A DNA stretch of 64,000 nt from a virus. Positions within the stretch are counted from its first letter, which is position 1, and each line of letters begins with the position of its first letter. The stretch lies in the IMG/VR virus record IMGVR_UViG_3300028394_000037. One strand, 5' to 3'. The notes under the pieces are model-generated. The model was given only the letters and a program-made list of their open reading frames with translations. It was not told where the DNA came from and searched no databases. Position numbers and translations under genes: made by a program. Positions 45,891 through 55,936 of this stretch are shown here, one piece after another.

Positions 45891-46890
45891 AACTAAATTC
45901 TTTTCGTGCTGTCTCATCAAGTGCTTGCATTACTTCAGGTGTGAAGTATTTTTCAGGATTTTTTAGAATCTCTTTTGCATAGAGTTTCTTTCCATCTATC
46001 TCATAACGTCCAGCAACATTCTTCCAAAGTCCACCAAGTTCTCCCAATTCAAGAAGTCCATAATACCTATCTAAACCACGCTCATCATAGAACAAACGGA
46101 TTTCAACATCTTTATTTTCTTTACTTAAACGCGACTTAGCAGTCTTTGCCTTGATAATGTTTCCAATGACTTCTGTTCCATCTTTTTCTTTTTTCTTGCT
46201 GAGATACACGATAGTAGAACTGGCATACTTAAGACCAGAACCACCACCCATTTCTTTTGTAGGAACATAAGCACCGATGACATCGTAGGTATGATTGGTT
46301 ACAATCATTGGAATTTTTGCTTGACCAAGTTTGAGCGTAAGCATTCGGAATGCACCCTTTACAAGTTGAGATTTGGTCATATCTCTGACTTGCTTTTCAT
46401 TTAGGGCATCAGTAATCTCTTTATCAGTAGAAAGCATACCCAGAGAATCTAACACAAACATACAAGGTTTGCGATCATCCACTGGTGACTTAAGATATAT
46501 ATCTACTGCTTTCAGTGCCTTATTTCTAAAGTCTTCAATTGTAACGACTCTTACAACTACAAGACGTTTCGTATCAACACCACGACTTTCTAGAAGTGAT
46601 TTGGTGATTGCTGCCTCAGTATCAAAATAGAGACAATATCCATCAGGATTACTATCAAGAAAATTCTTAACGACAGCCAGACTGAAGAAAGTCTTTCCTG
46701 TAGAACTTTCACCTGCGATTGCAGTAATCTTGTTACCAGATACACCACCAAAGATACTCCCACTGACAAGAGCATTAAAGATGTATGAACCCGTATCCAC
46801 ATAAGTTTCAGTCTCATCAATATCTGATGCCAACTCTGTGTAGTCATCGCCAATTTCTTTTACAATATCTTTAAGAAAATCCATAATCAA
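45883..46890 (-). CDS. uvsX: RecA-like recombinase UvsX
   Basis: GESSTGKT, YFDTE, LDSLG, MGGGSGLKY. Confidence 0.96.
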   Translation of the reverse strand: MIMDFLKDIVKEIGDDYTELASDIDETETYVDTGSYIFNALVSGSIFGGVSGNKITAIAGESSTGKTFFSLAVVKNFLDSNPDGYCLYFDTEAAITKSLLESRGVDTKRLVVVRVVTIEDFRNKALKAVDIYLKSPVDDRKPCMFVLDSLGMLSTDKEITDALNEKQVRDMTKSQLVKGAFRMLTLKLGQAKIPMIVTNHTYDVIGAYVPTKEMGGGSGLKYASSTIVYLSKKKEKDGTEVIGNIIKAKTAKSRLSKENKDVEIRLFYDERGLDRYYGLLELGELGGLWKNVAGRYEIDGKKLYAKEILKNPEKYFTPEVMQALDETARKEFSYG

Positions 46891-47024
46891 TCATCCTTTT
46901 TTTCATTTTTATTCAAATTATTCATCTTATAACTCCATAGTTTTTGATATAGTGCAGTATCACCCCCCAGTCTTAGAGCACTAAGAATAGTTTCAAGTTC
47001 TTTGTCGTTAATTGGCAATTCCAT
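46887..47024 (-). CDS. Small hypothetical protein (45 aa)
   Basis: MELPINDKELETILSALRLGGDTALYQKL...; start overlaps gp43 stop. Confidence 0.6.
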   Translation of the reverse strand: MELPINDKELETILSALRLGGDTALYQKLWSYKMNNLNKNEKKDD

Positions 47025-49519
47025 TAAGAGAAAAATAATTCAAGGTTTACAGTTTTTTCCACGTTCCATCCAATGGCATCAAGAATTGATTTAAGAGGAT
47101 CTAGAAATGCTTTCTCAAATTGTAGGTCATAATCCACATATTTATCAAGTCTAATTTCTTTAGGAAATTCTGATATAAATGAAATTACATTCTCGTGAAT
47201 TGGATTTGGTTTCTTTAGATATACAAACTTAATCTTTTCACCACTTTGTATTAATGAATATTTATTTGTTAGTTTTGCCTCTTTAATATAATGATTAAAG
47301 AGGAGCGCCCCACGAACGTGAATGGGTGTCCCTTTTGTATAAATTGAAGATGATGATTTGTATTTGTTTGTATCAGACACAGAACGAGGAAATGAAATTT
47401 GCTCAGGAGGAAGTTTTTTAAAGTTATTACGACACTTATCAATATAATCAATAACTTCATCTTCAGTGCCACTCATCATTAGTTTAAGAGCATCCTTAAT
47501 CATCTGACGGCAAGGAGCAGGAGTTGAGGATTTAACAGCTTCAATTCCCATCATCTTGAGTTTGGGTTCAGTATATGCCACACCCTCACTATTCCATACA
47601 TTGAGAATATAACGCTTCTTGGCAGTCCAGATTCCACGATCAGCAATATTCTCACGCTTCATCTGCATCTTCTGATCATAAGCATTCACATAGGTTGCCA
47701 GTTCTTGGTAAGAACCCTCAATATATTTTTCAAGTTCCATCTCACAGATCTTATCAAGGAACGAGACAATGCTTTCAGTAGTTTTCTCTCTTCCCTTGAA
47801 TACAGTTTCAACCACAGGACCCATATTAAGATAAATGGAATCGGTATCAGAAGCAATGACATAATCTACATCCTCAGTCTTAAGAAGTTTATTGATATAA
47901 GAATTCATCTTGGATTCAATCCAACGAATAGAAACCTGACCAGAAAGAGTGATTGCCTCAGCATTTGCTAGTTTATAATACCGGAAATACTGGTTACCAA
48001 TAGCACCATAAGCAGAGTTAAGAGAAATTTTCTTTGCCATTTGAATATTATTACATCTGGCAATTTCTTTTTCCAACTCCTTAGACTTATTTTTTTCATA
48101 TGATTTTTTGGCATCAATCATCTTCTTTTTAAAGATAACTCGCTCATTGTACATTTTCTCCATAAGTTCAGGAAGAATTCCACGAACATCCTTACGGTAC
48201 ATTGCACCATTTGCACATACCGCATAATCATTATACCCATCAAAGTCAATCTCTTGATTAAGAATTTTATCAACAGTTGCAGTAGGATGACGTTCATCAA
48301 CCAAAGTTTCAGGAGAAATATTATACTGCATAATCAAGTGAGGATACAGTGAGTTAAGGTCAAAGTTCACCACCCAATCATACTTACCAGGAATTGGTTC
48401 CTTTACATAAGCACCAGCATATTTTTCATTCTTTTGAGATTTATTTTTTGGAGGAATTACAATATTACGTTTCTTGAGATAATTGTAGATAATATTATCC
48501 CACATACGAACCTGATAAAAAACATCATTAAAATTTACTTTGGCATCAAATGCCATTGTAATTGCAAGTTCAATGAGTTTCATTTTATCTTCTAGACGAT
48601 CAACAAGTTCCACATCAATGATGTTATACTCAATAAACTTTTGCCAGTTATTTGTATAAAATTCTTTAAATGTATCAAACTCAGAGTGATCTAGTTTCTT
48701 TTGCCCAAGTTCTACCTCAGCAATATAATCCAAACGATAGGATTCTTGTGCTTTATAAGTAAACTTCTTATAAAGATCCAGATAATCTAAAACAGTTACA
48801 CCACCAATATCAAATACTGTATGTTTACGTCCATTAATATAAATTTCATCCTCAGTTACAAGTCCCCAAGGAGAAAGTCTCTTCATTGTTTTTTCATTGA
48901 GAATTCTATTGAGACGCTTGGCAATATATGGAATATCATATAATTGAACATTCCATCCAGTAATAACTTCTGGAGTTTGTTGTGACCAATAATGAATAAA
49001 AGAATTTAGAAGATCATATTCAGAGTTACATTGAACATATTTTACATTTTCTTGCTTATTTTCAAAAGGTTTAATTCCCCAAGTTATAATCCTTTTGGTA
49101 TTATAATTTTGAATAGAGATTGCAAGAATTTCCTCAGAACAAGATTCAACATCGGGGAATCCTTCTTCTGATGCAACTTCAATATCAAGAGTTATAAGTT
49201 TGATTTTACTAATATCAAACTTAATTTCATCTTCTGGATATTTTTCTGAAATATATTGATAAACATATCTATCTTGCCCATATACATCAAATCCTTCAAC
49301 ATCTTCATACCTTTTAAAAAATTCCCTACAATCTTTAACTGTTCCCGGTTGAATAACCTCAACCGGTTCTCCGCTTAATGTTTTATACTTAGTTTCTTTT
49401 TTAGTTTTTACAAAAAGAGTTGGAGTAAATTCTTCTCTTGTTTCAAAATTTTCTCCATTTTCATATCCACGAATCAAAACTTTATTTCCAATTAACTGGA
49501 CATTAGTATAAAATTTCAT
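47024..49519 (-). CDS. gp43: Family B DNA polymerase gp43
   Basis: DIE exonuclease, DLNSLYP, K..LNSAYG, SDTDS, KKRY; unsplit. Confidence 0.98.
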   Translation of the reverse strand: MKFYTNVQLIGNKVLIRGYENGENFETREEFTPTLFVKTKKETKYKTLSGEPVEVIQPGTVKDCREFFKRYEDVEGFDVYGQDRYVYQYISEKYPEDEIKFDISKIKLITLDIEVASEEGFPDVESCSEEILAISIQNYNTKRIITWGIKPFENKQENVKYVQCNSEYDLLNSFIHYWSQQTPEVITGWNVQLYDIPYIAKRLNRILNEKTMKRLSPWGLVTEDEIYINGRKHTVFDIGGVTVLDYLDLYKKFTYKAQESYRLDYIAEVELGQKKLDHSEFDTFKEFYTNNWQKFIEYNIIDVELVDRLEDKMKLIELAITMAFDAKVNFNDVFYQVRMWDNIIYNYLKKRNIVIPPKNKSQKNEKYAGAYVKEPIPGKYDWVVNFDLNSLYPHLIMQYNISPETLVDERHPTATVDKILNQEIDFDGYNDYAVCANGAMYRKDVRGILPELMEKMYNERVIFKKKMIDAKKSYEKNKSKELEKEIARCNNIQMAKKISLNSAYGAIGNQYFRYYKLANAEAITLSGQVSIRWIESKMNSYINKLLKTEDVDYVIASDTDSIYLNMGPVVETVFKGREKTTESIVSFLDKICEMELEKYIEGSYQELATYVNAYDQKMQMKRENIADRGIWTAKKRYILNVWNSEGVAYTEPKLKMMGIEAVKSSTPAPCRQMIKDALKLMMSGTEDEVIDYIDKCRNNFKKLPPEQISFPRSVSDTNKYKSSSSIYTKGTPIHVRGALLFNHYIKEAKLTNKYSLIQSGEKIKFVYLKKPNPIHENVISFISEFPKEIRLDKYVDYDLQFEKAFLDPLKSILDAIGWNVEKTVNLELFFS

Positions 49520-49776
49520 TTAATAAGATCCTCATATTTTTTCAATAATAAATTATTTGGATCAACAATTGTTAGGATTTTGTCAGAATGTATCATAAAA
49601 GTATTCTGTGACGAATATTCCATCATCCAAGGAACTAATATTTTATCATCAGTAATTAAAAAAGGCTCAATCAATTTACAATCAGGTTCACCTAACTCAG
49701 ATCCAACTTCTTCAATCTGAGTTATCAGAATTTCCTTGTTCAGAAGAACTAAAATTTTTATCATTTTCATTTCCAT
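49516..49776 (-). CDS. Conserved hypothetical protein (Sm-like fold candidate)
   Basis: ELGEPDCKL..P, PW, SDKILTIVDP. Confidence 0.7.
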   Translation of the reverse strand: MEMKMIKILVLLNKEILITQIEEVGSELGEPDCKLIEPFLITDDKILVPWMMEYSSQNTFMIHSDKILTIVDPNNLLLKKYEDLIK

Positions 49777-50080
49777 AATTCAATACATCCTCTAAATACA
49801 TTTCTTTAAGTTTTTCTACAGGTTCAACCATTGTAACAACCCACTCAGTAGTTAATGGAATTGTTTTATCTTTGCTTAGTGGCATCCAAGGATACAAAGA
49901 AACTTGAAATGCTGCTTTTTGATTTTGATCAACTTCTTCAGTCAATACATTTGGATTTCGCATTTTAACAATGCAAGGTTTAGTTAAAAAATATCCAATA
50001 ACTAAATCATCTTTAACCATCTCTTGAATATCTGCGATTAGATCTTCTCCAGATTTCAATAAAACAAGTTTTACAGTCAT
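49712..50080 (-). CDS. Conserved hypothetical protein (Sm-like fold candidate)
   Basis: KL.LLKSGED.IAD, PW.PLSKD, WVVT.VEP; probable start MTVKL. Confidence 0.7.
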   Translation of the reverse strand: MTVKLVLLKSGEDLIADIQEMVKDDLVIGYFLTKPCIVKMRNPNVLTEEVDQNQKAAFQVSLYPWMPLSKDKTIPLTTEWVVTMVEPVEKLKEMYLEDVLNYGNENDKNFSSSEQGNSDNSD

Positions 50081-50099
50081 AGTTTTCCCATACCTCTTA

Positions 50100-50155
50100 G
50101 TATTGTAGCACAAAAAAAGGGGAGGCACAACTGGTTTTTGCCAGTTACCTCCCTG
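50100..50155 (-). promoter_or_regulatory. Terminator hairpin after hsp20 with embedded sigma70-like promoter
   Basis: GGGAGG..AACTGG/CCAGTT..CCTCCC + T-run; TTGTGC...TACAAT. Confidence 0.6.
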
Positions 50156-50182
50156 CGACAACGATAGTTAGCTCAATATTAT

Positions 50183-50626
50183 TTATTTAAGTTCATATAC
50201 CTTTCTCTTTTGGTGTTCTGGAATAACTCTATTTAATTTGACAGTCAGTAGTCCATCTTCAAAAGAAACATCACCAACGACCACATCATCAGAAAGAGTC
50301 CAGGTGCGTGTGAATGCTCTCTTTGCCAATCCCTGATGTAGATATTCATCCTCAGATTTACGAACTTTTCCCGATTCCACAAAGAGTTTATTCCATTCTG
50401 TAGATACTCTAATATCATCTCTTTTGTATCCGGCAAGTGCAATTTCTAATCTAAAATCAACATTACTTTCTTTAACTAGATTATATGGTGGATAGTTGGT
50501 ATGCGATTCATACACAGTATCAAACCTTTTGAACCACTCATCTAATCCAATACTATTTCTCTGAACTTCCATCAGATACTTTGCAGTTTCTGGTACTGAG
50601 AGTGTAAGCGAACTTGTTCCAAACAT
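50183..50626 (-). CDS. Small heat-shock protein Hsp20
   Basis: NYPPYNL, EIALAG, H.GLA.RAF.R.W.L, F.DGLL; AAGGAGG RBS. Confidence 0.93.
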   Translation of the reverse strand: MFGTSSLTLSVPETAKYLMEVQRNSIGLDEWFKRFDTVYESHTNYPPYNLVKESNVDFRLEIALAGYKRDDIRVSTEWNKLFVESGKVRKSEDEYLHQGLAKRAFTRTWTLSDDVVVGDVSFEDGLLTVKLNRVIPEHQKRKVYELK

Positions 50627-50732
50627 GATAGACCTCCTTAAAGCGTCTGTAAATTAATAATGTCCCCGAAGGCAACATCATTAGTATATATTCCGAACAT
50701 AAAAAAAGCGGGATGTTGTTTCCCGCCCATTT

Positions 50733-51179
50733 TTATTCGGTTTCCTGTTCCTTACTACGTTTACCAATATTATATTTTTGTTCCAAAATCCAATCTCCCT
50801 TATCCTTATAAGCAAGAACTTTGATTTGATTTAGAGGAGCAATATCTGTCACAGAATCTGGATTTACGATAGTTATAAGTCCCCAATCAGCAAGTAGACG
50901 AACGATACGATTACGTCTTTGAACATCATTCACAGTCAGATTAGCATATTTACCATCCAAAGCAAATAATTCTTTGAAATGTACAATATAATATCTACCT
51001 TGCTTGTGAAGAATATGGCAAGATTGGTATATTTTTTTCTCTTTACGAGATGCAACTCCGATTCGTGTTAAAGTCTCACGAACTTTTAAAAAGTCATCAG
51101 GTTCATTTAAAATCACCTCAACCATCTGGTCTTGTGACCAATGAACTTCAGGTTCTACTGTTGTGTGTGCAGTAGTCAT
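50733..51179 (-). CDS. regA: Translational repressor RegA
   Basis: DDFLKVRETLTRIG.AS....YQSCHILHKQGRY.IVHFKELF.LDG. Confidence 0.96.
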   Translation of the reverse strand: MTTAHTTVEPEVHWSQDQMVEVILNEPDDFLKVRETLTRIGVASRKEKKIYQSCHILHKQGRYYIVHFKELFALDGKYANLTVNDVQRRNRIVRLLADWGLITIVNPDSVTDIAPLNQIKVLAYKDKGDWILEQKYNIGKRSKEQETE

Positions 51180-51562
51180 TTTGTTCCTCCAGTATCAAGT
51201 CGTTGTTTAATAAAGTTAATTTGGTCTTTTGATAAAATTTTTAGAGATTGGGATGCCTTTTCATTACTATAATTATAGTATTTTTTTACGCATTCTAAGT
51301 CTGTGACTTTATCCTTTCGGAGCCAAGGAGAATATCTTTTCCTTTTCCTTAGACTATTTAGATAAAATGAATATTGCATATCTTTATCTAAAGAATGATG
51401 AAGATTCATTTCATTAGCAAATAATATGCAATCAATATGACCAGATAAACAACGATTAATTATATAAGGTGCATAATCTTTTTTTGCATTGGGGTCTTCA
51501 TTCATCAGATTCTGCTTTGACTGATTGATTGAATTCAACCAGTCCTTCAGTTCGTAAGTCAT
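51176..51562 (-). CDS. gp62: Clamp loader small subunit gp62
   Basis: Y.PYIINR.LS, ANEMN, YY.YS.EKA; upstream of regA. Confidence 0.92.
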   Translation of the reverse strand: MTYELKDWLNSINQSKQNLMNEDPNAKKDYAPYIINRCLSGHIDCILFANEMNLHHSLDKDMQYSFYLNSLRKRKRYSPWLRKDKVTDLECVKKYYNYSNEKASQSLKILSKDQINFIKQRLDTGGTK

Positions 51563-52472
51563 AATTTAATAGCAAAAGTTCTTTTCTTTGTTTTTGATCG
51601 CGCATATATTCACCAACAGAACGCATTGTATAAGTTAAGTCAAACTCATATGCTTTCCAGTCTTTTCCAGAAAAACGATCCTTTACAAGTTGGTCTGAAT
51701 TATAACTCACCATCATATTCATATTTGTGTTATTACAAACTTCGGCAAACTTATCGTGATCAAATCCCTTATGAATTTCTCCATTCTTTCCATAAAGATT
51801 ATCTTTAATATCATAAGGAGGATCTAGATAGATAAAAGTATTTTTATCATCAGTCAACATTTGCTCATAAGATTTATTGGTAATCTTCCAATTTCCAATA
51901 AGTTCTCCATATTCAGGAAGTTTCCCAATTCCCCTAGTAGAAAAATTACTAATAGATGCCTGTTGAGAAAAAGATGAAGATGATGTCAACCCAGAAAAAG
52001 AACATTTATTGGCAACATAAAAAGCAGCAGCTCTTTCCAGAGCACTAGATTCTGTTCCGTTTGCAATCTCTACTGACTTGTGAAACAAGTCTTTTGCAGG
52101 ATAAAAAAGAGTTCCTTTATAATCTTTATCATCTGCTTTTTTTACTTTCTCCTTCTCAACTTCTTCAGGATCTGGATTGGGATGCTTATCCTTAATATCC
52201 ATTAGTAGATCATGAAGTTCATTAGGTTGATATCTTAACTGGCACCAAAAATTATATAAAGGTTCGTAAAGATCATTCACCCAAATATTCAAGTTTGGAT
52301 ACTTCTTTGTAATGTGAATTGCAACACTTCCACCACCAAGGAATGGTTCACGAAACTCATCATAGTCTCGTAGATCTGGAAAGTATTGGTCCATCTTGGC
52401 GCAGGCACGGGACTTGCCGCCAGGATACCTTAAACAGGTTTTTAGTTGTTTTTGACTAAATGGAGTTTTCAT
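51498..52472 (-). CDS. DNA adenine methyltransferase (Dam/D12 class)
   Basis: LRYPGGKS, EPFLGGGSV, VND, YLDPPY. Confidence 0.92.
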   Translation of the reverse strand: MKTPFSQKQLKTCLRYPGGKSRACAKMDQYFPDLRDYDEFREPFLGGGSVAIHITKKYPNLNIWVNDLYEPLYNFWCQLRYQPNELHDLLMDIKDKHPNPDPEEVEKEKVKKADDKDYKGTLFYPAKDLFHKSVEIANGTESSALERAAAFYVANKCSFSGLTSSSSFSQQASISNFSTRGIGKLPEYGELIGNWKITNKSYEQMLTDDKNTFIYLDPPYDIKDNLYGKNGEIHKGFDHDKFAEVCNNTNMNMMVSYNSDQLVKDRFSGKDWKAYEFDLTYTMRSVGEYMRDQKQRKELLLLNYDLRTEGLVEFNQSVKAESDE

Positions 52473-52987
52473 ACCAATTGCTCAATTAATTCATAAAGTT
52501 TAATAGAAAAATCTTGCTTTTCTGCCGGAATAACATTTTTTGCCAGAAAAGTAATATCATCACAATCAACTCTAAACCCAACATTTGCATCCTTAAGAAT
52601 TGCATTTTTTATACAAGCATCCCAAGAACAAATTCCAACACTATAATTTTTAGTATCCCATAGAAGCATATAATCAAAGGTTTTTTCTGGAAGACCCAAA
52701 TTTTTGCCCTGAAAATTCTTTAAGGTAATTTCTTTAGTGTAAGGTACGGTTTTTTGAAATAACCCATCCATCCCTTTAGATTCATAATTTAGTTTATCCA
52801 AAATACCAATAAAATCTTTTCCATTTTCAGTATCTCCAACATATTTCAATTGTCCTCCACTATACTTAGCAATAGCAATTTCTTGAACTTCTGCTCGTAA
52901 TGGTCTTGTTTGATTTCGTTTAAGTCCTTCAGTAGATTTAATTACACCAAAAATAGAAGAAAAATCAAATAATTCAAAGTTGATCAT
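52469..52987 (-). CDS. Hypothetical protein, possible PD-(D/E)XK nuclease
   Basis: E...G.DF.......ESKG spacing; coupled to the methylase. Confidence 0.45.
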   Translation of the reverse strand: MINFELFDFSSIFGVIKSTEGLKRNQTRPLRAEVQEIAIAKYSGGQLKYVGDTENGKDFIGILDKLNYESKGMDGLFQKTVPYTKEITLKNFQGKNLGLPEKTFDYMLLWDTKNYSVGICSWDACIKNAILKDANVGFRVDCDDITFLAKNVIPAEKQDFSIKLYELIEQLV

Positions 52988-53174
52988 AATTGGGTTGGTT
53001 ATATTTCAAGTATTCAAAAAAAGTTAATTTCATTTCTTTATTAGTCATTCCACAATGTCTTGCTGCTTCTGGAAGATTCCACTTAGCACGAAAAAGATTT
53101 TCATTTGATTCCTGAACATTTTGTGGAGTAGTTTTAACTTTACCCTCTTTAAGGTCTTGATAATTAAATTTCAT
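52974..53174 (-). CDS. Hypothetical protein (HTH-like)
   Basis: WNLPEAA.HCGMT..EMKLTF. Confidence 0.65.
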   Translation of the reverse strand: MKFNYQDLKEGKVKTTPQNVQESNENLFRAKWNLPEAARHCGMTNKEMKLTFFEYLKYNQPNYDQL

Positions 53175-54127
53175 TTAAACTCACATTCACACATAATTTC
53201 AGTTAGTGCTGCAAGAAGATTAATTTCCTGATCTGCTACAAATGCAATTTGATACTGATACTTAGCAATAATAAGTACAGCAGCAGGAATAGTGGTGGGC
53301 ACCAAAGAGTCGTAAAGTGAATCATAGACTCTACGAAGAATAACACTAGAATCGTTATCCAAATTGGAAACAACCCATTTACGAACTTCTGCAAAGTTTT
53401 TCTCCTTAAGATATTTAATCAGATCATTTACTGAAACGTCTGAAAAAGATGCAAGAATTGCTGCGTCAATTTTACCCCCCACCGAATACCTTTGACATTC
53501 GTTAAGAATTCTTCTCCAGTCGGGAAAGTGCTTATTGATGAGTTCTGCAAGGACTTTTGCATCAAATTCTACTTGCTCGTGAACGAGAATTGTTTGAAGT
53601 CGCTTGAAGAATTCTCCTGCAAGTTGAGGCTTTTCTTTTCCTTTGATTCCAAACTCCACAACGGCACAACGGGAATGAAGGGGTTCAATGATTTTGTTTT
53701 TGTAGTTACAGGTGAAGATGAATCTACAGTTGCTACTAAATTCCTCAATAGACGCCCGTAAGAGGAGTTGAACATCGCTGGTTGTGTTATCTGCCTCATC
53801 AATGATGATGACTTTGTGTTTAGCAGTTGAAGAAAGTGAGACGGTAGAAGCGAAGTTCTTCGCATTGTTTCTGACAGTATCAAGGAATCTACCTTCGTCG
53901 GATCCATTAATGACATAAAAATCTACTCCCAATTCATTACATAATGCCTTTGCTACCGTAGTCTTTCCACAACCGGCAGGACCAGCAAGAAGAAGATTTG
54001 GCATCTCTCCGTTATTTACAAAGTTCTGAAATGTCTTCTTGGTTGTGGCAGGTAAAATACAATCTTCAATAATCTTCGGGCGATACTTTTCAACCCATAG
54101 AAATTCATCACGCATAATCAAATCCAA
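53171..54127 (-). CDS. gp44: Clamp loader large subunit gp44
   Basis: LWVEKYRP, GPAGCGKTT, IIDEAD, SRC. Confidence 0.96.
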   Translation of the reverse strand: MDLIMRDEFLWVEKYRPKIIEDCILPATTKKTFQNFVNNGEMPNLLLAGPAGCGKTTVAKALCNELGVDFYVINGSDEGRFLDTVRNNAKNFASTVSLSSTAKHKVIIIDEADNTTSDVQLLLRASIEEFSSNCRFIFTCNYKNKIIEPLHSRCAVVEFGIKGKEKPQLAGEFFKRLQTILVHEQVEFDAKVLAELINKHFPDWRRILNECQRYSVGGKIDAAILASFSDVSVNDLIKYLKEKNFAEVRKWVVSNLDNDSSVILRRVYDSLYDSLVPTTIPAAVLIIAKYQYQIAFVADQEINLLAALTEIMCECEFK

Positions 54128-54645
54128 TCAGGTTTCCGTTCTGGACGGCGAAGATAATTATCGCACACCCAGGGTTTAGATGCAATATACATCTTATAAG
54201 CAGTGAAGGTATCAATACTATCATCAAGTTTATATTCATCAGGCATTGCCCGAGTGAATTCTTTTACATTAGTATGCTCGGAAATAGAAATCTTAGCATT
54301 GTTATGAAAGATTACCATTGCTTCTTCTAGTGTACTCAAACAAGAGTGTCGTTTTTGATACCGATGTTCGTACTCAAAGCATAAATGTATTCCGTGTGTA
54401 ATCAACCAGGCAAGATTGTAGTGATTATCTGCAGCCCATTTAGTGCAGGGATGATTACGAAAGGCACCCTTTACTGTACTATAAGGAGTGCCGTCTGTTT
54501 TATTAATTGTACCCCAATCATAGTACCACTTAGAGTATATGATGGAGACCATCTGACAGGTCTCCAGGGGCATTTTCACGACGTGTTTATCAGGAAGTAC
54601 TTGAGCAGACTTACTGGGGGACACGTCAGTTACAAAGATATTCAT
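54118..54645 (-). CDS. Pyrimidine-dimer DNA glycosylase-like (DenV/Pyr_excise family)
   Basis: MNIF......A..L.DKH.VKM.LE..QM, NHPCT.W, EY..RY.K.H. Confidence 0.8.
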   Translation of the reverse strand: MNIFVTDVSPSKSAQVLPDKHVVKMPLETCQMVSIIYSKWYYDWGTINKTDGTPYSTVKGAFRNHPCTKWAADNHYNLAWLITHGIHLCFEYEHRYQKRHSCLSTLEEAMVIFHNNAKISISEHTNVKEFTRAMPDEYKLDDSIDTFTAYKMYIASKPWVCDNYLRRPERKPDWI

Positions 54646-55310
54646 CAGTTAAAGGTGGAATCAGGCTCTAGAGCAATATAATACTTCAAATCTCGGTCAG
54701 TGCTCGTAAATCGTGACAAAAGTTTTTGTGACACAACCACCTCGTAACTGCCAGGAAGAATCTTGATATTCTCTACCTTAAAGTTAAAGGTAAACGTGTC
54801 ATCAGTCTCACCAACCACAATAGAAAAATCATTTGACGTATCATTCTTCTTGTCACGAACCAGTAGTTTTACCACACCTGCCTCACCAACGGCAGAAAGA
54901 TCTGGAAGTTGATAAATTGCTGCTGCCTTAAGTAACTTATCCATTTGCTGAGTACTCAACTCAAAACAAACATCTTCACTGGGAAGAGAGATTTCTTTAT
55001 CAGGAGGAGTTACAATTACACTGGGATCCGCAAAGAAATACTTAGACCGCATCTTACCTTCACGAATCATCACATAACCATTATTCTCAAAATCCAATTC
55101 AGCTTGCTGATGTAGATTAAGTCCGTTTAGAAATTGATTCAAATCATAAATGCCAAAATCTTTAGGAAACTCTTCTGTAATAGTTGCCTCGGCAAGAATA
55201 TTCTTCATCACAGAAATTGTGCGAAGAGAACTACCTTCTTTGAATAAAATTGATTGATTGATTCCAGAGAAGTTCTTTAATAATGCCAGAGTTTTATCAG
55301 AAAGTTTCAT
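54645..55310 (-). CDS. gp45: Sliding clamp gp45
   Basis: MKLS..T...LKNFS.INQSI, FGIYDLN.FL, Y.IALE. Confidence 0.95.
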   Translation of the reverse strand: MKLSDKTLALLKNFSGINQSILFKEGSSLRTISVMKNILAEATITEEFPKDFGIYDLNQFLNGLNLHQQAELDFENNGYVMIREGKMRSKYFFADPSVIVTPPDKEISLPSEDVCFELSTQQMDKLLKAAAIYQLPDLSAVGEAGVVKLLVRDKKNDTSNDFSIVVGETDDTFTFNFKVENIKILPGSYEVVVSQKLLSRFTSTDRDLKYYIALEPDSTFN

Positions 55311-55887
55311 AGTTTGATTTCGCAGTTTCATTATTAAATCCGGCAAAGTGATACAGAAGAACACCGTAATGGATAATCTTCAGTGCGTCAAGACGGGACA
55401 TTCCATCTTTCTTACCGAAACGAGATGAATACTTGATGAGATTATCACGACAGAAAGGAACACCATCACCAATTGCATCAATCATATCCAGAACCTGAAC
55501 CTTAGACTTTTCAGATGCATAATGTGAATGATATGTACTGACAATATAATCATTCACTGCCTTTAAAGTTTCACCTTCACCAAACTTCCAAAATTGCTCT
55601 TGACTTGATTTTTGTGAAGTAGTCAGATTAATATTCTGTGGAGTTTTATTTAAATTAAATGACTGAGAACTAAAAGTTGTACTATGATTATTTCCAAATG
55701 TTACTGCGGCAGCAGGTCCTCCCAGATTGAAAACATCTGGAGAAGCATATGGATTTCCAGTCAAACTGAATCCATCATCCTCCCAATAGTTATTCGTATT
55801 AAACGAAATATGGTCATCACCCATTCCACCAGGTAAATTAGATCCAATGTAAGTGACATTATTTTTCTTTTCAGGAATTTTAGACAT
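55297..55887 (-). CDS. DUF3310-like protein with low-complexity N-terminus
   Basis: HY.......D.I..IG....FCR.N.IKY..R.GKK....D..K..HY. Confidence 0.6.
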   Translation of the reverse strand: MSKIPEKKNNVTYIGSNLPGGMGDDHISFNTNNYWEDDGFSLTGNPYASPDVFNLGGPAAAVTFGNNHSTTFSSQSFNLNKTPQNINLTTSQKSSQEQFWKFGEGETLKAVNDYIVSTYHSHYASEKSKVQVLDMIDAIGDGVPFCRDNLIKYSSRFGKKDGMSRLDALKIIHYGVLLYHFAGFNNETAKSNYETF

Positions 55888-55936
55888 AACTTTTTATATA
55901 CAACACCTTAGATAATAGCATCTGAGAATTTCAAAG

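Noticed and set aside
7465-49519. Introns or inteins in psbA, nrdA, nrdB, gp41, gp43
   Set aside because: All are continuous ORFs of normal length.
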